Positions 20,502-28,403 of a DNA stretch of 60,938 nucleotides are shown here, piece by piece. This DNA is from Acidimicrobiales bacterium (GTDB lineage Bacteria; Actinomycetota; Acidimicrobiia; Acidimicrobiales; GCA-2861595). The DNA lies in assembly GCA_046596195.1 (NCBI GenBank), contig JBKJNA010000215.1, positions 1 to 60,938 of the forward strand, written 5' to 3'. The notes under the pieces were generated by a model that worked only from the letters and a program-made list of their open reading frames with translations, made no database searches and was not told the DNA's origin. The stretch's first letter is position 1; each line of letters opens with the position of its first letter. The translations under genes and the position numbers were made by a program.

Positions 20502-20512
20502 GTGCGTGTTAC

Positions 20513-21721
20513 CTAAACGCCCGGACGGAACAACTCGGTGGTCGCAGTGGTGAAGTACCCGCTCGGCCCTGCCGAGAAGCCACCCACGATGAGCAGGTCA
20601 CCGGCGGTGAGGGTCACCAGCTGGGCGTCGTCGCGAACTCTGCTCATGGACTGGGTGAAGGACCAGGTGCCGGTGGCCGGGTTGTAGATCTCGGCTGTGG
20701 CCGACAGGCCCCCACCGGCCATCAGGAACCGGCCGTCGGCCAGCATCTGTGAGGATCCCTCGACCCTTGGCAGGTTCATGGCGCCGGTGTAGGACCAGGT
20801 GCCGGTGTTGACGTGGTAGATCTCGGCGGTCGAACTCGTGCAGGCATCGGGCATCGGCGGAGAGACGTTCCCGCCGGGGCAGTGGCCACCGGCCACGATG
20901 ACGTCGCCGGACGCGAGCAGGCCCGCGCTCTGGAGGAATCGCGGCTCGTGCATCGAACCGGTCTCCGTCCACACGCCCGTTGCCGGGTCGTAGATCTCGG
21001 CCGAGGCGCTCACCGCCTCGGTTGGAGCGCCGACCTGGGACTGGCGACCGCCCGTGACCAGCACGCGCCCGTCGGCCAGTGTGGTGGCGCTGTGGCCCCA
21101 GCGCGGGTGGTTCATGGGAGCGACCCCAACCCACTTCCCGCCGTGCGCCGAATCGAAGATCTCGGCGGTGGCCTGGCTGGCGCCGGTGCAGCCGATCCCA
21201 CCGGCCAGCAGGACCTGGCCACCGGCGAGCAGGGAGGCCGTGGCGCTCACCCGGCAGGTGCTCATGGGCTTGGCGGACCGCCACTTCCCGTTCTTCGGGT
21301 TGTACACCTCTGCCGTCGCCGTGATGGGGGCGTTCCTGCCGGCGACGCCGCCGGCGGCCAGCACGTTGCCGTTGGGCAGCGTGACGAGCGCGTGCGCGTA
21401 CCGGGCCTCGCTCATGCTGCCGGTGGCCGACCAGGTCCCGGTCGCCGGGTCGTACAACTCTGCGGCGGCCACGTAGTACTTCGCATCGAGGCTGAAGATG
21501 CCGTCGAAGGCGTTGTACCCGCCGGCGACCAACACCTGCCCGCTCTGCAGGAGGGTCGCTACGGCACCGAGGCCAGCGCCACCCCCCTCTCGAGCCACCG
21601 CCATGCTGCCCGTCGGGCCCCACGACCCTCCAGTGTCGGCTGATGCCGGGAGCCCGGCGCTCCCGGTGAGCGCCACCGCCGCCACCACCGCCACCCGCGC
21701 CACAGTCGTCCTGATCTTCAC
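20513..21721 (-). CDS. Secreted Kelch-repeat protein
   Basis: GTG after an AAGGGGA SD; signal peptide; about 7 repeats of R..H.ATLL.DG.VL.AGG...AE.YDP.TG.W...GSM. Confidence 0.88.
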   Translation of the reverse strand: MKIRTTVARVAVVAAVALTGSAGLPASADTGGSWGPTGSMAVAREGGGAGLGAVATLLQSGQVLVAGGYNAFDGIFSLDAKYYVAAAELYDPATGTWSATGSMSEARYAHALVTLPNGNVLAAGGVAGRNAPITATAEVYNPKNGKWRSAKPMSTCRVSATASLLAGGQVLLAGGIGCTGASQATAEIFDSAHGGKWVGVAPMNHPRWGHSATTLADGRVLVTGGRQSQVGAPTEAVSASAEIYDPATGVWTETGSMHEPRFLQSAGLLASGDVIVAGGHCPGGNVSPPMPDACTSSTAEIYHVNTGTWSYTGAMNLPRVEGSSQMLADGRFLMAGGGLSATAEIYNPATGTWSFTQSMSRVRDDAQLVTLTAGDLLIVGGFSAGPSGYFTTATTELFRPGV

Positions 21722-21743
21722 AGTGTCCCCTTTGCAGTTGGTT

Positions 21744-22637
21744 TCAAGGCCCGGCATTGCTGCCGGAGCCCGGTCGCGACGCCAGCCCACCGGGCGACGA
21801 CGAAACCTCCCCATCGGGAGCCTTGCCCGCCGAGGAATCCCTGACCGAGGCCGAAGACTTCCCGCCGCCTGTCGGCTCCCCCGACATTCGGACCTCAGTA
21901 TGCACGGTGAAGGGCGTCCGCAAAAGGCCTTCTTTGAAATGAACGCCGGAATAGCCTTCGCCGCAGTAACAGCGGAGAATGTCCAGCAGCCGCCCGACCT
22001 TCATCGTCGCACCACGGTCGAGGCGGCGAAGCTCCTCGCAGTCAAGCAGGCTGTGGTATGTCGCCAGATCTTCGTCCTGCGGCGTACCCGAAAGATCACC
22101 CCGCCGTATCCTCGGCCAGCACCCGCGGAACACGTCGAACGCGAGCAGGTCCGCCCTCCTTTCGAGCGCGGGGCCATCGTCGGTGGGCAGCACCGGCATC
22201 TCGGCCTGGGCCACGATGGCACCGGCGTCGACCTCGGCGGTCATCACGTGCACGGACACGCCTGCGGGCGTGCCGTCGATCACCGCCCATTGGAGCGGGT
22301 CCAGCCCACGGTTGTACGGCAGGTACGAACGGTGGACGTTCACCCAGCCCCACCTCGGGAGGTCCAGCACCCGGCGCGGCACGATGGGAGCGAAGCCGCA
22401 GCACACTCCCACGTCCGGGGCGACGGCCTCGAGCTTGCGGTGGGCGACCGCACTGGTGAAGCTGCGGCCGTAGAAGACGAGACCGGGATCGACCCCGGCC
22501 GCATCGGCGATCACCCGGGAATGTGGGCTGGGCGGTGAGTTGAGCCCGAGACCGACGATCTGGTCACCCTGCTCGACGATCAGCTCCACGATCCGTGCGC
22601 CCACGTGCCGGTCGCCACAGAACAGCACCTTGGTCAC
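21744..22637 (-). CDS. N10-formyl-THF-dependent formyltransferase (Fmt-like N-terminal domain)
   Basis: Motifs VNVHRSYLPYNRG, GVSVH and VDAGAI. Start overlaps the peptidase stop (GTGA). Confidence 0.88.
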   Translation of the reverse strand: MTKVLFCGDRHVGARIVELIVEQGDQIVGLGLNSPPSPHSRVIADAAGVDPGLVFYGRSFTSAVAHRKLEAVAPDVGVCCGFAPIVPRRVLDLPRWGWVNVHRSYLPYNRGLDPLQWAVIDGTPAGVSVHVMTAEVDAGAIVAQAEMPVLPTDDGPALERRADLLAFDVFRGCWPRIRRGDLSGTPQDEDLATYHSLLDCEELRRLDRGATMKVGRLLDILRCYCGEGYSGVHFKEGLLRTPFTVHTEVRMSGEPTGGGKSSASVRDSSAGKAPDGEVSSSPGGLASRPGSGSNAGP

Positions 22638-23389
22638 CGTGCGTGCGCCACGATGGCCAGGGAACGATCGCGGAGGCGGCGCTCCTCCTCGGTCAGTGGC
22701 GCGCCCAGGGTTGCCAGCCAGCCCTCCTCGACCGAGGCTGCGTCAGCGCCCGTCGGCATCGCCCGCCCGGAACGGAACGCTTGCCAGAACTCGGCTTCTC
22801 CGAGCCGCTCGAACAGGTGCCCCGTGAACGAGGCGGCGTGCAGGTACTGCACCGCGCGGGACCTGACCGAATCGCGATGCTCGCTCACCGGGCGTGCGCC
22901 TGCCATCGCGGTCAGGTCGGCCAGCGAGATGCGCCAGCCCTCCTCCCGGAAGACCTCCATCCAGCGGTGGGGGCTCAGGTGGTAGAAGGGCCATGCCGGC
23001 CCGGCCAGGCGGAGCCGGCCGTCCACGTGCACCGCCAGGCCCTCGTTGAGCACCGGGTCCGGCGAACGCCCGGCAACGGCGTGGACGAGCTCGTGCGCCA
23101 ACCCGGCCAGCACGCCGTGGCCGTCGCCGTTCACCGGCAGCACGACGTGCGAACCCCTGGTCCGCGCCACCCCGCTACCGCCGTAGACGGTCACCACGAC
23201 CGGATCGGGCGCCACCGAAAGGAAGGCGGCGATGCGAGCCACCCACGCCTCCGCCCGCTGCTCGACCGCCGGCACCACGTCAGCGAGGACGCCGGCCGAC
23301 GGTTGGCCACCTTCCCCGGGCACGTAACCCACGGAGCAGACGACCGCCGCTACAGCCCCGTGCTCGCCCGCCTCCTCGTCGGCGCTCAT
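22634..23389 (-). CDS. Cytoplasmic HExxH zinc metallopeptidase (gluzincin/MA-like)
   Basis: LAHELVHAV followed by LNEGLA; no signal peptide; ATG overlaps the YcaO stop (ATGA at 23389-23386). Confidence 0.75.
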   Translation of the reverse strand: MSADEEAGEHGAVAAVVCSVGYVPGEGGQPSAGVLADVVPAVEQRAEAWVARIAAFLSVAPDPVVVTVYGGSGVARTRGSHVVLPVNGDGHGVLAGLAHELVHAVAGRSPDPVLNEGLAVHVDGRLRLAGPAWPFYHLSPHRWMEVFREEGWRISLADLTAMAGARPVSEHRDSVRSRAVQYLHAASFTGHLFERLGEAEFWQAFRSGRAMPTGADAASVEEGWLATLGAPLTEEERRLRDRSLAIVAHAR

Positions 23390-24762
23390 GACATCGGGCA
23401 CGGCAACCGGTTGAGGTCCTCCTCAGCCAGGTGGGGCCATCCCAGGGTAGATGCCATCGTCCGAATGCGCTCCGACCCCAGGTGCGGGTAACGGGCGTCA
23501 CCGTGGATGTCGACGGCGCCGGGGGCGAAGACCTTTACCGTCCGAAAGCCGCACCTCGCCGCATCCGAGCTGGTGAGCTCGGTGACGAGCGCCTCGAGCC
23601 CCACTCCCCCGAGCCGGCTGACGCAGGCATCGAGGTCGCCCCGCGTGGTCCCGGTGCTCAGGTTCGCGAGGGCGCCGAGCGCGACCTCCTCCTCCGACGC
23701 GGCCAGGAAGGCGGCCCGGCCGCCGCCTTCGGCGCCGGCGTAGTAGTGGGCATTGTCCCACAGGGTGCGGATCTCGGCCTGCGGGAACGACGACCGGCTG
23801 TCCCAGGCCAGCCCGTGGAAGCCGGCCAGGAGCTGGGCCGTCTCGAACAGCGCCTTGCGCGCCGCCTCAGCGGGATCGAGCCGGCTCGCCGCGCCCATTA
23901 CCAGGGACGGGCGATCCTCGCTGTCACTCATGGCAAGGCAGGCGATGGTGGGGATCCCGGAGTCCGGCGTCATGTCCAGCAGCACGAACTTGAAGTCGGG
24001 GAGCGAGAAGTGGGCCTCGATGAGACCGGCCACACCGTCAGCCGCCCCTGGCTGCGGGACCACCCGTCGCGGCGTCCGGTGGTGCAGCCAGTGGATCATC
24101 AAGGCGTCGCGCTCGACGACCTCGTAGAGCCCGGCGAGGACAGCCGCGTCCATGGAGACGTGGGCTGCCAAGCCTGTGCTCATCACCCACCGGGTGAAGT
24201 TGTTCGGTGGTTGCAATCCCACGGACGGATGCACGAGCGCAGCGGGGACGAGTGCGTAGCAGCGCCGGCTCAGCGACCATGCCCACGCCCAGTCGATGGC
24301 CTCGGAGCTGGCCCGACGTGTGACTCCTGGTGTGGTCGCGTACTGCCGGTCGGAGAGGAGGCCGAACCGCCTGAGGGGCACGGCCCACGCCGAGACGTCG
24401 TCCTCCGACGCCCGCAGGATCGTCGACCGGTCATGGGCGAGTGCGAAGCAGTACCGTTCGATCGCCTCGGCTACTGCCTTCAACCAGGCCAACTCCGGGT
24501 CCTCGGCGACACCCATGCCGATGATGTCGAAACCGTGGTCGTGGTCACCGACGCCGCGTCTCGGCCCCCTCGCCACGTACACCGGAAGGGTGGGAAGTCC
24601 GGGGGCGGTGGCGAAGCTGCGACATCGCGAGACGATGCCATACGGACCGGCCGCGGCCCGGGCGGCGACCATCGCCCGTTCCAGGGGACCGGGCCCGGGC
24701 GTGCCGAGGTTGAACCCCAGGTATTCGGGCCTCAGATGCGCCGGAAGGTCAACACTGCGCAT
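23386..24762 (-). CDS. YcaO-family cyclodehydratase
   Basis: ATP-binding motifs AEAIERY, STGLAAH and LYEVVERDA; Pro-containing C-terminus LNRLPCPMS, like azoline-forming YcaOs. Confidence 0.93.
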   Translation of the reverse strand: MRSVDLPAHLRPEYLGFNLGTPGPGPLERAMVAARAAAGPYGIVSRCRSFATAPGLPTLPVYVARGPRRGVGDHDHGFDIIGMGVAEDPELAWLKAVAEAIERYCFALAHDRSTILRASEDDVSAWAVPLRRFGLLSDRQYATTPGVTRRASSEAIDWAWAWSLSRRCYALVPAALVHPSVGLQPPNNFTRWVMSTGLAAHVSMDAAVLAGLYEVVERDALMIHWLHHRTPRRVVPQPGAADGVAGLIEAHFSLPDFKFVLLDMTPDSGIPTIACLAMSDSEDRPSLVMGAASRLDPAEAARKALFETAQLLAGFHGLAWDSRSSFPQAEIRTLWDNAHYYAGAEGGGRAAFLAASEEEVALGALANLSTGTTRGDLDACVSRLGGVGLEALVTELTSSDAARCGFRTVKVFAPGAVDIHGDARYPHLGSERIRTMASTLGWPHLAEEDLNRLPCPMS

Positions 24763-24920
24763 GGGCCCTGCACTCCAAGGATGTAGCGAACCGGCTCAAC
24801 GGGGTGCTCACTGCAAGTGCTTCGGAGGTCTGCATCGGCCAGCAAGGTACTTCCTGCGCTGACGCCGCCAACCGTCGGGTCTGCGACCGGGGTGCCGGCA
24901 CGGCCCGCCGTTCTCACGAC

Positions 24921-24940
24921 GGGAACCGTGCACGGTCCCC
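24921..24940 (-). terminator. Stem-loop just downstream of the precursor gene
   Basis: GGGAACCGTG/CACGGTCCCC near-palindrome with one mismatch, 14 nt past the precursor stop. Confidence 0.45.
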
Positions 24941-24954
24941 CAGCTAGAGCAGTG

Positions 24955-25317
24955 TCAGTCGCTGCTCGCCATAGCGGTCATGGTCGAGTTGGTGGTGGTG
25001 CAGAAGCTGACGTCGTCGGCATCCCACTCGGCCTCGTCGAGCGACGTGACCTGCATGGCCGTCATCGTCGAGTTGGTCGTGGTGCAGAAGCTGACATCGT
25101 CGGCATCCCACTCGGCCTCGTCGAGCGACGCGACCTGCATGGCCGTCATTGTCGAGTTGGTCGTCGTACAGAAGCTGACGTCGTCGGCATCCCACTCCGC
25201 CTCGTCGAGCGACGCTACCTGCATGGCCGTCATTGTCGAGTTGGTCGTCGTGCAGAAGCTGACATCGTCGGCATCCCACTCGGACTCGTCCAGGAACCAC
25301 GTATTGATGGCACCCAT
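24955..25317 (-). CDS. Multi-core RiPP precursor peptide (120 aa, four cassettes)
   Basis: ATG at 25317 after AGAAGGAGGT; MGAINTWF then four copies of LDE(S/A)EWDADDVSFCTTTNSTMTAM(QVAS/QVAS/QVTS/ASSD); lies between the dehydrogenase and YcaO genes. Confidence 0.9.
   Translation of the reverse strand: MGAINTWFLDESEWDADDVSFCTTTNSTMTAMQVASLDEAEWDADDVSFCTTTNSTMTAMQVASLDEAEWDADDVSFCTTTNSTMTAMQVTSLDEAEWDADDVSFCTTTNSTMTAMASSD
24958..25293 (-). repeat. Four tandem 84-bp coding repeats (precursor cassettes)
   Basis: GCATCCCACTC recurs every 84 bp; differences between copies are mostly at synonymous positions. Confidence 0.97.
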
Positions 25318-25465
25318 GCCACCACCTCCTTCTGGTCGGTACGGATTCGACCACATCGGGCCGCACCATGCAAGCCTTTCCTGCTGAACTCTTACAAAAT
25401 CGGAGGCTATGTGTCTACCACACCTAGAATGAGCCCTACTGTGAGTAGGAGTCACCCCCAAACGG

Positions 25466-26932
25466 TCACTTCGGGTGTTGATCCCCACCCGAAGACACGG
25501 ACGGTCTCGAGCCGACGAGGAACTCGCCGACGCTCGTCTCCTCGTAGTAGTTCAGCCCCGCCAACGCGGCGAAGGCATCGGAGTCGCCCCCACCCACCGC
25601 ACACGGCGCAAGGCCCATGGCGGTGGCCACCAGGTACATCGTCTGGTAGAGGACGCCGACGTTCTTCAGGATCGTGGCGTACGGGATGGCCTCGTACTTG
25701 AACATCACCTTTCCGAAGCGGGCGGTGACGGCCAGGAGCACCTGGGGCCGATCGCGCATGCCCGTCTTGGCGCACGTCTGCTGGAGCAGGGACTCGATGC
25801 CCGGGTTCAGCCCCGCCGTCACCACGCCGAGCTGATGGCGCACCGGGTCGTAGTGGTAGAGGCCGGGGTCGAGGCCGTCGCAATGGCGCACCACAGGGTA
25901 GAGCTCCAGCTCGTACAGGGCTCCCCCGGTGGGGTACGGCCGGGCCATGCCGAGCGGCCGTGGGCTGCCGTCGGAGAAGGTGGTGACCTCGTGGCGGACG
26001 CCGGCGCTGCGGTAGAGGAACTCGCCGAGCTGCCCGACAGTGATGGGGGCGTCGTCGTCCTGCAGCCGCCGCGACTGTCGCCCTTCGAGCACGGTCGTGA
26101 ACGACGGGTCGCAAGAGGCGAGGGCGCTGATGTCGGGTCGCCGTAGGTGGACGACCTCGGTGGCGGGCGGGTCGACCAGCGGCAGCGGCGGAAAGCGGTC
26201 CCGGAGCGGCCACGTCGCGCCGTAGCCGTTGGCATGGCGTCCCTGGCGGCTGCGGGAATGGAAGAACAGGTCAGGGAGGCTCCACTGCGCCAGGGCCATG
26301 GTGGAGTCCTCCTCGTCGCCGTCGGCGCCCACCAGCAGCGTGACGTCGACCAGCAGGGCGGCGAGCGCGGTAAGGACCTCCGCAGGAAGGCCGAGCCCGG
26401 CGGCGAGGTCGGCCACGCGCGCCGGTCGGGCGAGCGACGCGACGAAGGCCGCCACCCGGGCGTCGTGCAGGACGGCCAGGGCGGAGGAGCGTGGCGACTC
26501 GAGCACCATCTCGCCCCCGGCCCTGTGCAGCAAGGCGAACCGGGACAGGACGACGGCGCCGTCGGCGACAGAAGCCGGCGAGGCATGAGCCATCCTCGCG
26601 ACCAGTGGCTTCACCGTGACCAGTGGCACGCCGTGGAAACGGAGCTCGCGCTGGATCCAACCCCGCTCGTCGAGCCGATCGAGCACCGACGCCAGCAGCG
26701 AGGCCGCGGCGGCGTCGCCGGGCGGCGCTGCGGCCCGCAGCTGCGCCTCCGGCGCTCCCGTCCCGAGCAGGATCTCCAGCGGGGCGCTCAGCTCGTCCAC
26801 GAGCGGGCCCAATGCAAACCGCTTGGAGCCACGCGACAGCAGCAGGCGGCCGTCCGTGCCCATCTCTGCGGTGGCGTCGTCACGCAGGCGCAGTGACGCC
26901 TCTAGCCCCGCCTCCCCCTCAGTGGCAACCAC
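25466..26932 (-). CDS. ThcOx/SagB-type FMN-dependent azoline dehydrogenase with N-terminal RRE-like domains
   Basis: Motifs VLSRFA...MVLESP, DLFFHSRSRQGRH, RQSRR, PYPTGGALYELELY and catalytic KY (MFKY); GAGGAGG SD. Confidence 0.92.
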   Translation of the reverse strand: MVATEGEAGLEASLRLRDDATAEMGTDGRLLLSRGSKRFALGPLVDELSAPLEILLGTGAPEAQLRAAAPPGDAAAASLLASVLDRLDERGWIQRELRFHGVPLVTVKPLVARMAHASPASVADGAVVLSRFALLHRAGGEMVLESPRSSALAVLHDARVAAFVASLARPARVADLAAGLGLPAEVLTALAALLVDVTLLVGADGDEEDSTMALAQWSLPDLFFHSRSRQGRHANGYGATWPLRDRFPPLPLVDPPATEVVHLRRPDISALASCDPSFTTVLEGRQSRRLQDDDAPITVGQLGEFLYRSAGVRHEVTTFSDGSPRPLGMARPYPTGGALYELELYPVVRHCDGLDPGLYHYDPVRHQLGVVTAGLNPGIESLLQQTCAKTGMRDRPQVLLAVTARFGKVMFKYEAIPYATILKNVGVLYQTMYLVATAMGLAPCAVGGGDSDAFAALAGLNYYEETSVGEFLVGSRPSVSSGGDQHPK

Positions 26933-26998
26933 GGCTGTGCCCTCCTCCTCGCGGCGCGCCGGACCCCGGACGCCCGAAACCCGGTCATGGTACCCGGC

Positions 26999-28180
26999 TC
27001 AGGCCGGCAGGAGATCGGCGCCGTTGGCCACGAAGAACCGCTCGGCCACGTGCCCACCGAGCGGCGCCAGCGATGCGTGGAAGGCGTCCACCGGGCTCAC
27101 GCCGCCCTCCAGGTGCGGGTAGTCCGTCGAGAAGGCGTAGACCTCCTCGAACCCGCTCTGCTCGATCCACGTTCCGACCGGCTCGAACTCGAAGGGGGTG
27201 ACGCGCACCTGGCGGCGCACGTACTCCGACGGCTTGAGCGCCAATTGGCGCGAGAGGTACCCGGACGTGGTGGTGGCCAGGTTGTCCATACGGTCACACC
27301 AGGACGCCACCCAGCTGGCGCCCGACTCGATGACGCCGAACCGCAGGCCGGGATGGCGTTCGAACACGCCGCCGAGCACCATGAAGGTCAGGGTCAGCTC
27401 GGCGAAGAGGTGGGTGGTCATCCAGAAGAAGGGGCGGGCGTGGAAGTCATCGGCGCTCGGGTCCGACGGCGGTGGCCGAAGGCTCCATGCGGCCTGGTAC
27501 CAACTCGGCTCCAGGAGCGTGGGGGCCCCTCCACTGCCGCCGTAATGGAGAAGCGCCGGCACTCCGGCCTCCGACAGCATGGCCCACAGCGGCTCCCACT
27601 CCGGGGCGGCCGGGGAAAGGCCTCCCGGCGGCCGGATGGCGGAGAAGTGGATCCCCCCGGCGCCCTTCTCCAGGGCCCTTTTCGCCTCGCCGAGGGCCAC
27701 GGTGACGTCGTAGGTGTTGAGCAGGCATACCGGCACGACCCGGTCGTCGACGCCCTTGGCCCAGTTGAGCACGTAGTCGTTGTAGCGCGCGACAGCGGCC
27801 GCCCCCTCCGGGCAGTCGGCGTTGAGCGGCGGCTCCATGTACTGCGAGAACACGAGCTGGCGACCGATGCCCATCTGGTCGAGGGCATCCACCCGGTCAG
27901 CAGCCACCTGCGCTCCGTGTGCCCCCCACAGCCGCACGTTCCACACGTCGGAACGGGCCTTCCTGCGACGGGCCAGCAGCGCCTCGCCCTCCCCGGACGG
28001 GTTCAGCCCGTCCGCCAGGATCATCTCCCGAACCTCGTCTACCAACGACCCGCCGCCCCCGCGGCCCGGCCATGGCCCGCCACCCGGCCCGGCGCCGAGG
28101 ATCTCCTCCACGTCGGGCAGGTAGAGCATCAGGTGCGCGTCGAGGTCGACCATGCGGCCCTGTAGGTCGTCCGGCATCAT
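26999..28180 (-). CDS. Amidohydrolase_2-family metal-dependent hydrolase or decarboxylase
   Basis: Motifs DLDAH, LLHYG, GVFERHPGLRFGVIESG and FSTDYPH. Confidence 0.88.
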   Translation of the reverse strand: MMPDDLQGRMVDLDAHLMLYLPDVEEILGAGPGGGPWPGRGGGGSLVDEVREMILADGLNPSGEGEALLARRRKARSDVWNVRLWGAHGAQVAADRVDALDQMGIGRQLVFSQYMEPPLNADCPEGAAAVARYNDYVLNWAKGVDDRVVPVCLLNTYDVTVALGEAKRALEKGAGGIHFSAIRPPGGLSPAAPEWEPLWAMLSEAGVPALLHYGGSGGAPTLLEPSWYQAAWSLRPPPSDPSADDFHARPFFWMTTHLFAELTLTFMVLGGVFERHPGLRFGVIESGASWVASWCDRMDNLATTTSGYLSRQLALKPSEYVRRQVRVTPFEFEPVGTWIEQSGFEEVYAFSTDYPHLEGGVSPVDAFHASLAPLGGHVAERFFVANGADLLPA

Positions 28181-28228
28181 GCGATGTCACCCCCTGCGCG
28201 CCACAGCACGCATACGTCGTGGCGGGCG

Positions 28229-28257
28229 AGCGTAAGGACCGCCCGCCCACCCGTCAA
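28229..28257 (-). promoter_or_regulatory. Housekeeping sigma70-type promoter for the RiPP operon
   Basis: Minus strand TTGACG (28257-28252), 17-nt spacer, TACGCT (28234-28229), about 50 bp upstream of the amidohydrolase start. Confidence 0.6.
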
Positions 28258-28403
28258 GGACCGTCAGCGCGTCCCGTCACGATGCCTCGCGATCCGCTGA
28301 CCCAGTTCTTCGTGCCTGCCCAGGCGCGGGCGTGCCCCGCCCTGCCCAGGAAAGACAGAGAGGGGCGCGAACCGCCCAAACGGGATGCTGTGCTGCTCGT
28401 GGG

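Noticed and set aside
21744-22637. Housekeeping fmt
   Set aside because: No def/priA context, no FMGTP N-terminus, and it is embedded in a RiPP operon.
24958-25293. 84-bp repeats as a CRISPR array
   Set aside because: There are no unique spacers and no cas genes; the period is a multiple of three and the variation is synonymous in an ORF with a strong SD.
24980-25387. Plus-strand repeat ORF (VELVVVQKLTSS...) as the real gene
   Set aside because: It is the antisense shadow of the precursor, runs against the operon and has no clear SD.
15548-26932. Classification as a thiopeptide or class I lanthipeptide cluster
   Set aside because: No stand-alone pyridine synthase, split LanB or LanC is present in the window, and the core has only one Cys. 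Such genes elsewhere in the genome cannot be excluded.
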